From Rhizodiscina lignyota (taxonomy: Eukaryota): 64,000 nt of DNA. The first letter of the stretch is position 1. Each line of letters begins with the position of its first letter. Made by a program: the position numbers and the translations under genes. This document shows positions 1 through 13,337 of this stretch, piece by piece. The stretch spans positions 1,302,001 through 1,366,000 of the forward strand of contig ML978125.1 in assembly GCA_010015805.1 (NCBI GenBank), written 5' to 3'. Under the pieces are notes generated by a model. It was not told where the DNA came from. It saw only the letters and a list, made by a program, of their open reading frames with translations, and did no database searches.

Positions 1-18
1 AAGAAGGGTACGAAGGCC

Positions 19-1086
19 ATGAAACGTTGGCCTCTTTACTGCCGCAAGTGCTATCAGCAGGCCGCGTACAATCGAGCACACTGGCCAATCGCAAAATGTG
101 GACTTGTCGAAGCAACCTTCCAGTTCATTGAGATGGACGACCCGGGCACGGCCTACACGGTGATGTTGCGCAGCTCGGAGCAGGCGCGACTTGACAAAGC
201 TGCAAAGATGGGGTTCGATGCATACATTGCTAGCGGCCTAGATAATGCTGCCGAATTGCGACAAGCTACGCCCGAGGAGGATAAAGATGGTGAGGAAATC
301 TCGATCAGCGACATTAAGCACTCTCGCTTCGGTCGTGAGTCCAAACCCTTCAAGCAGGCGCCCATCCAGATTCTTCAAGATTTTCTTGACAACTTTGGTG
401 GCAAGAACAAGAGCTTGGATCACTGCCGCGAGGCATTGGCCTGGCTAAGGGAACAGTTCGAACAGGGCATGGTTGACGATCTCCCACGCGTTGAGTTCTT
501 GCCTGAACTAGAGCGCGCTGAAGCACTGAAGAGGACTCCAGCGAGGAACAAGAAGACTCCAGCCAGTTTCAGCAACACTTCTGCTAGGAGCAAGAAGAGG
601 AAGACCCCTTCTGATGATGATGCTGACGAGAGCGATGCAACTCAGCCAGAAAGTCCAGAAATTCCTGCTAAGCGAGTTAAGGCTGCTCTACCAACTCCGA
701 AAAAGACTCCTGCGGCTAACAAGGAGACTTCGGTGAGATCCAGCAACATATCCGCTAGCGACATGAAGATGCAGAGCCCTTCTGAGGATACCGATGATGA
801 TGAGGCGACTGTGTCAGAATCTTCCGGACACATTGCTAAGCGCATTAAGGCTGCATTGCCAGCTTCTAAGAAGACTCCTGCGAGTAACAAGAAGATTCGG
901 ACGGATTTCAGTCACATTTCTACCAGCGGCATGAAGAGGAAGAGCCCTTCGGAGGATATTGACGACGACGACGAAGCGACTCTGTCAGAATCTTCTGGAC
1001 GCAATGCTAAGCGCGTTAAGGCTGTATTATCTACTTCGAAGACACCTCTGCCTCCATCTCAATCTGCTCGCAGCAAGTCGATCTGA
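19..1086 (+). CDS. Hypothetical protein with C-terminal tandem repeats; may start upstream of the window
   Basis: 355-aa ORF. The C-terminal half has three degenerate ~56-aa repeats (KRKSPSED-DDDEAT-SESSG-AKRVKAALP-KKTPA) with basic NLS-like clusters. Confidence 0.65.
   Translation: MKRWPLYCRKCYQQAAYNRAHWPIAKCGLVEATFQFIEMDDPGTAYTVMLRSSEQARLDKAAKMGFDAYIASGLDNAAELRQATPEEDKDGEEISISDIKHSRFGRESKPFKQAPIQILQDFLDNFGGKNKSLDHCREALAWLREQFEQGMVDDLPRVEFLPELERAEALKRTPARNKKTPASFSNTSARSKKRKTPSDDDADESDATQPESPEIPAKRVKAALPTPKKTPAANKETSVRSSNISASDMKMQSPSEDTDDDEATVSESSGHIAKRIKAALPASKKTPASNKKIRTDFSHISTSGMKRKSPSEDIDDDDEATLSESSGRNAKRVKAVLSTSKTPLPPSQSARSKSI
553..1050 (+). repeat. Intragenic tandem repeat, about 3 x 168-171 bp
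   Basis: The anchor gctaagcg recurs at 667, 835 and 1006 (spacing 168 and 171 nt), with conserved flanks such as gactgtgtcagaatcttc / gactctgtcagaatcttc. Confidence 0.85.
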
Positions 1087-1756
1087 CAGAGTACACACTT
1101 TGCCCAACCATGATGCACTGGGGACGAGAGGTGGCGGCAATACATGTTTCAAGATGAACAGTTCGATCGATATTACGACGTACGAAAATTCCCCAAAGAA
1201 CATTAGCGACTGTGCACAAATGTTGGGGTTTCAAATTGCATGTCTTTGGGCGATGGGATGGGCAACTCACGATACCCTTGGGGGAGGTTTTTTTCTGGGC
1301 TTCCCCTTGGGTTACAAGTATTTGTCGATTTTCTTCTTTGACTGGAATGGTCGTGTTTCTCAAGGCTTTGGGTTTTGTTCAAATTTGTTTTACAGTACGA
1401 TGCGTTGGTTCTCTGAGAGAACAATGTCTCTCAGCTACATCACGGAATGGATGAGGTACGGACCATGGCAACTCTGCCAGTCATCGGCTCTTTTACGGAA
1501 TTTCCTGTTTTTAACCCACACCACGGGCTTTCATGAGGCACAATTTTCGCTCCGAAGTGTGTCGAGGACATGATGTGCATGGGCGGTGTATACAGGCGTT
1601 GGTAATTCAATACGGGGGTTGGATTTTAAGTGTTTATTTTACATCTCGTGCATCCGCCAGAGTTACTTAATTGTACAAGCGCCATCTTCCACCATCTTAC
1701 AGAACGTGAATGGCATTAAGTACCTTCCCAATCATCAGAGGAGGAAATGACTCTCT

Positions 1757-3395
1757 TCAGAAGCCCAGATCTGCACCGACAGTCCGCCGCCGCTCCCGTT
1801 CGAGCGTACGCGCTGGCGGGCGTCGCAGGAATTCTGCAGCTATGACCGAGGCAGCAACGCTGACGTTCAGGCTATCAACGCCAACATCATGCGGCCGTTT
1901 TGCTGCAGTCATTGACACAAGGTAATCCGCATGAGCAGATAACGTCTTGCGCAGACCCCTGCCTTCTCCACCAAAGAGCAACAAGCACGGATGTTGCACG
2001 AGCGGAATATGATCGACGAGCCGTTTGCTAGGAGTCTGTGCATCGGCAAGGTGTAGGGCGCTAGTAGAAGATTCACTGGGATTTACAGGGAGAGGGTGGC
2101 TCGAGGCAGTCTCTGCTGTGCTACTTTCGGAGAATTTTGATGCAAGATCTGGCGTCGGCGGTGCTGGTTCAGGCGTCATGCCGGCGTATATTGACCACCC
2201 GTTCTTCTTGCTTTCTGCGAGGAAGTTGCGAGTTGATTCGATGGAGAGCAATGGCATCACTTCAGCCGCACCGGCTGATGCCTTCAGTGCGACATTGGAC
2301 GGGGGAGCGCACGTTCCGTGATCGATCGCCAGCGCGTCCACCCCAAGGAAGTAGGCAGACCGAATGATGGCTCCGAGGTTGCCTGGATCAAGCTGGCAGA
2401 GCAAAAACGTGTCAGCATGGTCAATTGGCAAGGGCTACTCTTTCAACTATGGCCGGGCTTTGATGGCCAGGCGCAAAATACTCACAACATCATCTATACA
2501 TAGAACAAGCGGATAGCGCCATCCGTCAGAGCGGTAGGACAATGAACTTAATTCCTGCTTATTACTTGCACGTGAAGTAAAAAGCCGAAATATTGTATCC
2601 CATTCGTCAGGCTTGCGCCGGAAATCGTCGGTCTCGCCTAATGCTGCTATTGTCCACCGCGGGAGCGGTGAAGCATCAAGAATTACGCCCTTGAGGCTGT
2701 CAGTCAGCTCAGAATGGGTAGCAGGTATCAGACCCAGAGCGTCGCATGATGATGGTACTTACATTGTGGGCACGCCCAGCGGCCATTTTATCCAGGGTGG
2801 GTAACCAAGCGTCATTGACAGATCGCACGGAAACTCCAGCTTCACGTGCAAGACGCAAAAGTTCTGGAATAGAATCTGTGGATCGATCAACCGTGGATCG
2901 TGATGCTCTTGCGTGTATATACAATTTGTATAGTTTTCGACGTTTGGCTTTTAGTGCCGCAGAGACAACGGAGTGACCATAGAGGAACTGCGATTCGGCA
3001 GTGGTATAAGGAATAGAAACCGGTGTTCGTTCCTGGCTCTCGGTACTGCTTTCATGTTGGATCACAGGCCCAGATGTTCGGTTCAAGATACTGGAAGACG
3101 TCCGCGGGGATGGCTGCGGTCGTACGAGTGGTGGTGTGTATTTGACATTGTAGATCATATCTGACCGTCCAAACGTCTGGTCTCTAACTCTAGGGGCATT
3201 TTCCACTGTTTCGTAACTGTTTCGAGCAGGCCGAGAAACGCCATCTCGAGCCGGAGATGATCTGATGAGACCACGTTTGATGGCAGATGTTGTAGACTTG
3301 GGACGAATGGAGAGGGCTGTAAAAGGAGATTTTACGAAACGAGAGTGCGCTGATGAGAGATTACAAGCTGCGCGCCACCATTTGCATACTCTCAT
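1757..3395 (-). CDS. MRM1: Mitochondrial rRNA 2'-O-methyltransferase (SpoU/TrmH family), 3 exons
   Basis: Motifs SIPYTTAESQFLYG, RAHN|GVILDASPLP, DD-V|LDPGNLGAIIRSAYFLG, GGEGRGL and VDSLNVSVA. Basic N-terminal targeting-like sequence. Two GT-AG introns join the ORFs. Confidence 0.9.
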
Positions 3396-3721
3396 CGCAA
3401 TTTTCTTAGTCTATACAGGAGCTCATAATGTCTCCTATCAATTTGCCAACGCCACTATGACAGAAGCAGTCAAGCTATGGCACGGCAAGTTCCGAAAGCG
3501 CGAACGCGTCGAACGCGAGCGACTACTGTGTTACCTTGCAATAAGGCCCTATTGTCCCACCCACTCCTCTAATCTCTGTCGCATCGCGATTCTACGTTCC
3601 CCTTAGAGACTGGCGAACTGTCTGTGAACTTTGCTTTCTTCCCGTGCGCCATGGCAGGGCGTAGGATAGATCTGTTTAGCTGCATCTCAACGCTCGTTTG
3701 CACTTCTATTCCACAATCAAG

Positions 3722-6700
3722 ATGGCGCTAGATAGCGACTCGGATGAGCTTATGGAGGATCCGACTTCTTTTCTGGATAGATTTCGAAGGAAAGAAGATC
3801 TAGGATCTCGAGCGCAAACACACGGGCAGAGAAGCCCATCGCAAACCAACGAGTCTCCTTCACTCTTCTTATCCGCCGCCTTTTCACCCGCTCCCACATC
3901 TCTGCCAGAATCCCCTCGCTTCACTCGAATTGGGCGAAAAGCTTCACAGTCGCCAATGCACCGCGGCCAACTGTATATTAAGATACCATCGCCTCCAGAA
4001 GATAAGGAGGAGTACGTATTTCTGAAGGGCTGGAATACAATTCAAAAGGTTCTACGTGAACTTGAAGGAGAAGATGGCTTGATGTACGAAGTCAGATACG
4101 GAGATAACCATAATGAAACGGTACGTTAGTCTTGGAGTGAATCTGCTTGGTGCGGAAACTCTTGGCGCCTATTAAAGGCTTCGAAACTTCCCTCAACTTT
4201 CTTTCATTCTCAACCTCCACCTTCTCACGGCACAAAATTTAAACCTTGTCACTTGCCACGGCCTTGCAACTCTTGAAAGAGCTCTGAGGGTTTTGCATCA
4301 AGCCTCCAAGCTCTTACAAGTCATCCGCGTCGTACAACGACTGTTCATTCTCTGAGGTTCGGGGTAGCTAAGACCGAATCGCAAACAGTTACCATTTGAG
4401 AAAGTACTCCAAACCACAGGCGGTGAGAGCGCTCTCTCAAAGTTTGAAAGCGGTGAAAACAGCATCTCAGAGAACACCAAAAGCTCCGACTCTGAAGACG
4501 AACTGAACATGGTCGAGACGCGTCGGACCAGGGTGAAGGCAAAGCCCACCTCAGGCTTTGTCAACACAGTGGACGCAATATCAGACGATGAGGTTCCAAC
4601 ACAGCCGACGAGTCGCCAGCGTCGAGGCTCTCCAACACGGTTACGCCTCACGTACTACAATGAGCAAGAGGATGATGATGAGTCGGCAGACGAGGAACCA
4701 GGAGATGAGGAGTCGGAAGATGATGACATTCACACAAGGCGCAAGACCCGCTCCTCATTGAGATCGAATGGGCGAAGCGATCGAAGATCCTCACGACTTA
4801 AAGAGAAGTTTGTGGTTGAAGATGATACCGAGAAAGAGGGAGAAGAGTCCGATAACGACAGCGATCTTATGCTTCTGGAATCCGACATCCTTCCAAGAGG
4901 CCGCAAGCGAAAGAGCATTGGTCGTCAGAGTCTCCATCAATCTGGTCGCGCATCAAAGGCTTCGCGAGTCGCAACACGACGCTCGGATCGTACCACACGA
5001 ACGTTCAATAATATGGAGGAGATTGACATTGACAATATATATCGATCTGACTCTACCCAAGACGGTGCGCCTGTTCAGCCGAAGATCGCTGCTGTTCGTG
5101 AGGTATTCAAGTTGCTTCTAAACAGCGTGTTCCGCCGACGTCACATTGAGAACTGCGAAACATGCGGCAAGCCATCTACCTCTGGACCTTTGATCTGTTG
5201 CCAAGGATGCACACTCGCTTACCACAAAGCATGCCTTGGTACCCGCACAACACGAGAACATCTTGTGACCAAAGTCGGTGAGGATGATTTCGTTTTGCAG
5301 TGCCGCCGTTGTGTCAATGCGCACCACAAGAAAGACCATCTTGCACCCAACCTTGGACGCTGTCAAATATGCAGTGAAGCTGGTTCAAGCTGCAAGCCTT
5401 TTCGGCAACGCAAAACACCGGCTGTAGAGCAGCGGGAGCGACTTGAGAACGGCGGCTTAGACCCGGTGACCCATGTCCGGCCTGAGCTTATCAACAACGA
5501 AGAGAACGTTCTCTTCCGTTGCGTCAAGTGCTGGCGTGCATTCCATTTCCATCATCTGCCCAACATCAACCAGTACCATGTCGATTCGGAGACTGCCACA
5601 GATGCGGAAATTGCAGACAGCCGTTATAATCAATACAAAACCGATTGGATCTGCAAAGATTGCAAAGATATGCCCGCGGACGTTGGCGGCCTAGTCGCAT
5701 GGCGTCCAGTGGATACTGATGCAACTACGAGCGCTGGTACTCAATTCGCGTTCGACGAACTTGACGAAGACGACAAGGAGTATCTCATCAAATGGAAGGA
5801 ACGATCATATGCTCAATCTGTTTTTATGCCCGGCGCCTGGGTATACGGTGTAACAGCGATTGGTACGCGCGCCGCGTTTGCAAAGAAAGAAAATGGTCCG
5901 AAGATGCGCATCGAGGACGCGATCCCTGAGGAGTTTCTTCGAATCGATATCGTGCTGTCCGTTGAATACACAAACAAGATCGACGCAAATCTTTATGAAG
6001 TGGACAAAGCTCGTATCTCAGAAGTCGCCCGCGCGTACATCAAGTACAAAGGCCTCCCATATGAAGATGCAGTTTGGGAGATCCCTCCTCGGCCCGAAGA
6101 AGGTGATCGCTGGGTCGACTTTGTTACTGCATACAACGATTGGGTCCTCGGCCGATATGTGCATCTCCCCAAGCTCGCACCACTTAAGGCCCGCTTAGAG
6201 AAAGTCCGAGCCCAGGAGTTTTCCAATGTCGAAAAGAAGAAGCAGCCTGACAACGTAACCGGCGGCGAGATGATGAAATACCAGATTGACGGCTTGAACT
6301 GGCTCTACTACCAGTGGCATCAACAGAAGAACGGGATTCTCGCTGACGAGATGGGTCTAGGCAAGACCATCCAAGTCATTGCCTTCCTTGCCATGATGGT
6401 CAACGACAACAACTGCTTTCCATTCCTTGTCGTGGTGCCAAACTCAACCGTGCCAAACTGGCGTCGCGAAATCAAGAAATGGGCGCCTTCTCTACGCGTC
6501 GTGACCTTTTTTGGAACAAGCGCAGCCCGGGATATTGCTTACAAGTACGAGCTGTTTCCGGAGGGCTCTAATGGATTGAGAGCTCACGTCGTAGTTACAT
6601 CTTACGATGCTGCCGCCGATGACAACTGTCGCAAATTCTTCAGGCGCGTACCTTGGCAGGGACTGATTGTCGACGAGGGTCAGCGTTTGAAGAATGAGCG

Positions 6701-9026
6701 AAGTATCTTGCACTTGGCTCTTAAAGCACTCAAAGTTCCCTACCGAATTCTCCTCACAGGGACGCCTCTACAGAACAACGCGAAGGAGCTGTTCAACTTG
6801 CTGGAATTCCTGGATGATACCCTTGACGCAGACAAACTGGAGCGTGAATATGAGGACATGACTGAGGCAAAAATAAGGAAGCTCCATGAGCTTATACGAC
6901 CGTTCATTTTGCGACGCACAAAGGCCCAGGTCCTCACCTTCCTTCCGCCTATGGCGCAGATCATCCTACCAGTGTCGATGAGCGTTCTCCAGAAGAAAGT
7001 CTACATGTCAATTCTCGCACAGAATCCGGAGCTTCTCAAAGCTTTATTTAGTCGCCGCACTGGGTCTGAGCTCAACAAGAATGAGCACGCGAACCTCAGC
7101 AACATTCTCATGCAGCTGCGGAAGTGCCTTTGCCATCCTTTCGTGTACAGCAGGGAAATCGAAGAGCGTAATTTCAACGCAGCTGTGTTGCATCGGGGTC
7201 TCGTAGAAGCTTCGTCTAAACTGCAGTTGCTTGAACTATTGCTACCGAAGCTGAAAGAGAGGGGCCATCGTGTGCTTATATTCAGCCAGTTCTTGGATAT
7301 GCTCGACATCATGGAAGACTTCCTGGATGGCATGCAGCTGAAATTCCAACGTCTTGACGGACAGATCAGTTCTCTGGAGAAGCAGAAGCGCATCGATCAA
7401 TTCAACATGCCTGATTCGGACCTCTTTGCCTTTCTCCTCTCCACGCGTGCTGGTGGTGTTGGCATCAACCTTGCAACTGCTGATACTGTCATCATATTGG
7501 ACCCCGATTTCAATCCACATCAGGATATTCAAGCGCTTTCTCGAGCTCATCGTATCGGACAAACAAAGAAGGTCCTCTGTTTCCAGCTCATGACCCGCCA
7601 CAGCGCAGAGGAGAAAATCATGCACATTGGCCGGAAAAAGATGGCCTTGGATCATGTGGTTGTCGAGCAGCTGGATGCTGATGACGAGGGAGAGAAGGAT
7701 CTGGAATCGATCCTTCGCCACGGCGCTGCTGAACTCTTCACAGAGAACAACGAGGAGCAAGAAATCAAATATGACAATGCATCAGTAGACAAGCTTCTCG
7801 ATCGGAGCCATATCGAGAACACCAAGACCGGTGGCGACGACTCTGCCGAGTCTCAGTTCAGCTTTGCTCGTGTGTGGGCCAACGATCAGGGGACACTAGA
7901 GGAGAATATCGAAGCAGGCGAGGAGAAGGCCCCAGATCCGACGGTTTGGGACAAAATCTTGAAGGAGCGTGAGCGTGCGGCCGCGGCAGAAGCAGCAGCA
8001 AGACAACAAGCCCTTGGGAGAGGAAAACGTGCTAGAATGGTGAGTTCGTGCACATCTTTTAGTTGACAATATATTTTACTAACTCAGTATACTCCGTACC
8101 AGGCTGTCGATTACGTAAACAATGCTACGGCAGAAATCGCTGATGGCGAAATCACGGCGATGGTGGAGGCGGAAATCGCTCCTCTTCGAAACGCCCGTCG
8201 TAAGGGCCATGAGGACAGCGATACAGACTTTCAGCCGGACGAAGAGAAGGAACAGGAACAGAGCGCCGATGAAGAAATGGGTGCTGTCGATGCTGATGAG
8301 CTGTCTCCAACAAAACCGGCATCTCGCGAGATTGGTACCACTGCACCATCTTCCCAGTCTCGAGCCCAGCCTCCAAAACAGCTGCCTGGACTCCAGTCCC
8401 AGCCAAAGTCCAGAGCAACGCATCCGACGTTTAAACGCGCACGTGTGCAGCCGGCTCGAGTACCAGCAGCTCTCCCAGGAAACCGTGCGGCGTCGAATGC
8501 AGGTCAAGGAATTCAGACGACCACACCCCCTTACGAGCCACCGCCACCAGTAGTCACGTGCTCTGCATGCGGCAAGACTCATCACCAAGGTTCATGTCCA
8601 CTGAAGCTTGCCGGAGTCGAATTTTGCAACCTCTGCGGACTTGCTCACTTCGGCGTTGCGCGCACCTGCCCCCACGTCAATAGCGAGACTCAGGTCATCT
8701 TGATGATCGAGGCTCTTAAGCAGTCCCGCGAAGCACCTCATTTGAAGGAGACTGCGCTGAAGTATCTGAAAGGAGTAAAGGGAACGCTGGTTCAGGCGAA
8801 GAGAAAGGCCAGGGAGAAAGCAGAAGCTGAGGCAGAGAATGTGAGGACAGGTGCGGTGAGAACAGTTCTGAATGGCCATAGCGGGGAGGCATTGAGGCCG
8901 ACTACCGGGAATGCGAATGCAGGTTCTAGTTCGCGCGGGCGGACTCCTCAGGGCCCTGCGACACCATACGAGGAGCCGGTGGAGCATAGACTTCTAACTG
9001 CTCTGGGCCAGAATCGAGTTGCTTAG
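3722..9026 (+). CDS. mit1: CHD/Mi-2-type chromatin remodeling ATPase (Mit1-like, SHREC), 3 exons
   Basis: PHD fingers (CETC..CCQGC..H..C), chromo-like region (YLIKWK, YIKYKGLPYEDAVWE), SNF2 motifs (ILADEMGLGKT, VDEGQRLKN, LLTGTPLQNN, LLSTRAGGVGINL, QALSRAHRIGQ) and a C-terminal Zn motif (CSAC..H..C, CNLC..H). Introns at 4121-4388 and about 8040-8102. Confidence 0.9.
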
Positions 9027-9313
9027 ATATCTTTGCTGACAGGTCTCGTTCGGCACAGGCTTGTGGTGCTGCATCAAACACGATGGCCAATGACCATGGC
9101 GAGCGGAGTTAAAAATCAGTCACGGTGGCATGGATATACCTAAAACCGGCGGTGGTTACCTTCTTGTACACTACTCATAGATACTCTTTCAAAAATTCAC
9201 ACATCGGCCCCCTATTTACAGGGCATAACTTATTGCTTTTGAAGGTGATATAGCTCCTGGAGCTGCAAACATCGCGGCGCACAAGAGAATAACAAAGAAC
9301 GAAGCATGAAATA

Positions 9314-10556
9314 TCAACGCGACTTAGTTGGCAGCTTGTACGAGGAAGAAGCTACAGTCCATCCAAGCTCCTCCCCTTTTCTGAAGTTCACTACTTCCAG
9401 GTTACCGCTTTCAGCTCTTATCGATTCTGCCACTATGGTCTTCTGTTTTTTCAGTACCATACGTTCTTGTCGATCATCTGAGACCTTGTAGAAAGCTCGT
9501 CCAAATCCACCAAGGAAGCCTTCAAGCTTTTCCTTCGTAACTTGATCTTCACTCAATAGCCTCTTTTCGCATGCTCGCTCCAATGCGTCAACCACATAAG
9601 GCGTCGTGTATGGTTGCGTGAAGACTCCGGCGGCGATCTTGCCTTTGCCACTAGCTCCACCGTGTTTAGCTTCGACGGGATGCGGAGCGGAGTCGGAGCC
9701 GAAAAAGAACTTCGGGTTGCCTGATACTGCTATCTTGAGGATTGCTCGCTTATCTTTGGGAAGCTTGGCTACGGGCTGGAGGTAGTTGTTAGCATATGCC
9801 GTGAGGATACATGGGATCTGAATAAGCCAGCAGCTCAGGCTCTTACCTTGCAAAAACAGAATGCATCGCCAGCCCAGTCATCGACTGTGAGGTACAAATG
9901 ATGTGCTGTGATTGTCGCTGCGACATTGTCCCCACATTCTTTGACCGCTTCGATGGCCGCGGCAGTCGTGCAATGTTCTAAGATGATGCGTAGATTTGGG
10001 AATCGTTTGTGAAGGTCAAGCAGGGTGGGCAAAAATGCCTCTTCGGCATTCAGTACAGTGATATCAGGCCCAGATGGAGATTCGCCATGAAGATTGAGGA
10101 TCATGTCCTCCTCTTCCATGGCTTTGAAGACGGGGTAGAATTGTTCGTAGTCGACAACTCCGGAGGAGGAGTTGGTGGTCACGCCCGCCGGATATGACTT
10201 GACACCGGCAATGCCGGCTTTCTTCGCTTCTCGAATGACTTCTGGAGTAACGTCTGGATGTAAATAGAGTGACATGAGGTATTTGACAGCAGGCTCAATG
10301 GATTGGAGCTGCTTTTGATAATCAAGTGCACGCTGCACCGTCGTAATTGGTGGCACAAGATTCGGCTACATTCACAGTGAGCTTAGAATAACAGTAAGAG
10401 GGAACGAAAATGCCGACTAACCATTACGAACACTATGTTGTTTCCGCCTTGTCTGATCGTTGGCGTGACTAGACGCATCATTTCGCCATCTCTCAGGTGG
10501 ACGTGAAAATCCGAGGGAGCAGATAGCTCGAGACCATCGAATTTTTCCAAAGGCAT
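9314..10556 (-). CDS. URA4: Dihydroorotase (homodimeric type), 3 exons
   Basis: Motifs DFHVHLRDG, MPNL-PPIT, GVKSYPAGVTTNS, LNLHGE, LEHCTT, TITAHHL, FCK|PVAK and FFFGSDSAPH. Confidence 0.95.
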
Positions 10557-10829
10557 GATGAACACGAAATTTATACGATGCAGGGGTTTGGAAGTCGATT
10601 CAAGATAATGAGAAGTGGAAAGCAATTTTTGAAGCTTAGTACGGGGAGGTCAATGGTCAGGGCGACGTTGGTGATGCCTGCGGAAATAAAAGTGGAGCAC
10701 GTGGCGTTTCTATAAAAATCGTCAGCAACATTCCATCACTTCAAGCTTGTGCATATCACAATTTGCGAAATGAACTGATAAATTGTTCCAGATCTCGGGC
10801 CCCGCTTGCAATGTGCAACGGTTTTTACC

Positions 10830-12866
10830 ATGCCCAAGGAGCGTGTGTCCTTCGATGGACACTCCACGTATCTAAACGGCCGTTTCGCATCCCCTGAGCA
10901 AGTAGACTATCACTCAGATGAATATTGGGCAAAACGAAGACTTTGCCCTTCGCATCTTCTTGTTCACGATGTTGTACTGCAACCTGGCTCATCAGAGGCG
11001 TCGACAGCTCCCACTATGCTGGAAATGCAAGAGAAGCTGTCGTCTTCCTTTCTCCCGGCATTGAAGATGCGGCACTGGCTTGCGATGAACTTGAAGCCCG
11101 ACGCAATGACTGCAAACCGGCAAGAACAACATCGACTCAAGAATATCGCCATCGAATATGGCTGGATGCATGCTCTTCGACTCGAAAAGGAAGACTTGTC
11201 GCCAGAGGAGGGTGGAGCCGTGACACAGTGCAGGTGGATGTAAGCTCTTCTCTAAAAGAAATACTGCGATTAAGCACTAATCCTATACAGACACGTGTCA
11301 AGCAAATTCTCAGAATATCTTGAAGGTGTAAGTTGCTCATCTGGTTCTACTTTCAATCTCAACTTACAACGAATGTAGGCTCTTCTCGCTCTGACCAGCA
11401 GCGAAACTGCCCCCAGCGAGTCCATGTTCGCTTTTCGAGAGCTTGAAAATTGTATTCACCAGAACGAGAGATTTTCGAAGCATGGCAGATACTTTACTCC
11501 ATTTTTCCAGTCTTTGGGCCGTCATTCGACTCCAGATCGCCCGTATCCTCTCCTGATGAGTGTACCATTTCTTGATTGGAGTGTAGATGGTCCAGCACCT
11601 CCTCTGCGGTTCCAAGTAGATCCACGGGAGGGATATCAGTCCAGTCGCAGCTCTGCCCACCTTCTTAGATCCATTCTGGAATATTTCTATCGATTGGAAG
11701 ATACGAACGATCGGGAGCATAAGCAGGTATTCAATCGGCACAAACCCTGGTCGACAGATCGGGATCTCGATCTCAAGGTTCGCCGATGGTACGGCCATTA
11801 TCCTACAGCACTCAATGTTGATGAGCTTTGGATTCTAGCAGTGGATGAAAGACACATCGTTACATTCTCAAGCAATCAAAGTTGGAAAAGCCGCTGGCCT
11901 CCGCTACAATTACCGTCACGAATTGCTGAAGTTTCATTCCGGGGCATCAGGAACACACTCCTTCTATCAGAGCAGAGCCACGAATATACGGCGTTGATGC
12001 ATGTAATAGCAAGCTTGAGCGGTGCGGTTGGTATACTGCATCGTAGCTTCTGGACTGATATTCCCCTTTGCCTCACCGATCGTTACGCGGGCTACCTTAG
12101 CCACCTGCAGTATCGGCTCTATAGAGCCCCGAGCACGAAACTTGTTATGGATTTGCTACAGGTTCAGGAAGAGCTAAATATCATCCTTCAGATTACGCAC
12201 CAACAATCTGATCTCATTACCGACATCCAAAGCGCTTGGTTTCAGCAACAACACATGGCTGCTGATCGCATGTCAGTTAGAAGCAGAGCTCTATCTACGG
12301 TATCGGCCTCTGCATATCAGACCACCGCAGTGCAAATGTTATCCCTCCCTGACCGAGCGACATTCAGACAACCGTCATCATCAACACTGTCCGATCCCAT
12401 GTCACAGCTGATGGAGAATCTCCATCGTGAATTGACAGATTTGCGCGACCTCCGCGACAATACCAACAATCTCCTGAATCGGACAATATCGCTTGTCAAC
12501 ATCCGATTAGAATCTCATGGACAAGCTATTCTCGTTTTCACCATCGTGACAATCATTTTCCTGCCTTTGTCATTCGTGTCGAGCTTCTTTGGCATGAATG
12601 TATCAGATATTCGTAACCTGAACCAATCCCAGTGGATTTTCTGGACAGCCGCCTCCGTGTTGACCGTAGCCGTTGTATCGTTCTCGATTTTCATGGCATT
12701 CTACGGTGGCCACATCTACGAATCATTTGTGAACTGGAAAGATGAGAGAAAGCGAATGCGGAGGAATATGGGTGACAGATCCAAGATTCCCGAGACCGTA
12801 CAAAGAGACATCAGAAACTTCAAAGTCCTGGACGCTTCGCGCTCCGACAAATGGAGCTTGTTTTGA
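10830..12866 (+). CDS. Fungal CorA-like Mg2+ transporter domain protein, 3 exons
   Basis: C-terminal AILVFTIVTIIFLPLSFVSSFFGMN (GMN motif) followed by a second TM helix, plus a VDELW motif. Two short introns between 11240 and 11378 link the N-terminal ORF in frame. Confidence 0.8.
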
Positions 12867-13337
12867 CAACACCGCGAGATCTGCATTCATGCCCCAATCT
12901 CATTGACGGGTAGCTGCAGGATCCCGCTGTACTGCAAGATTCCCGAACAAGCGAAGTGCAACAACCACAATCACCAGTCGGCCACTGTCCCGCAACAAAT
13001 CATCGCTGCGCGCCATAAGAGTCATGTATGTCTTCAATATTGTTTGGAACATGCTAGGATCTTTGCAGGACCTGCAGCATCCCGTTCTCGGAGAGCCAGC
13101 GCAGTAAGCGCGTGAGCTGTGACAAAGTTTGGTCAATGCCACAGGTCAACTTCAGGGTATATATACAAAATGTGTTCTACCCTGAAATGTCTTCCTTTTC
13201 CTCATGGTCTGAGTTCCAGATAACCTCAAATGCGAAGTTCACTGTTGATTCTATAATCCGCCTTTAATCATTGCCGCGCAGAAACTGGAGCAGGTCTCCG
13301 CAGCGTCTCAGGAATCAACATTGGAGAAGTCTGCAGA

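Noticed and set aside
959..1573. 204-aa ORF overlapping the end of the first gene
   Set aside because: It runs through T-rich 3' UTR-like sequence and has no recognisable protein features.
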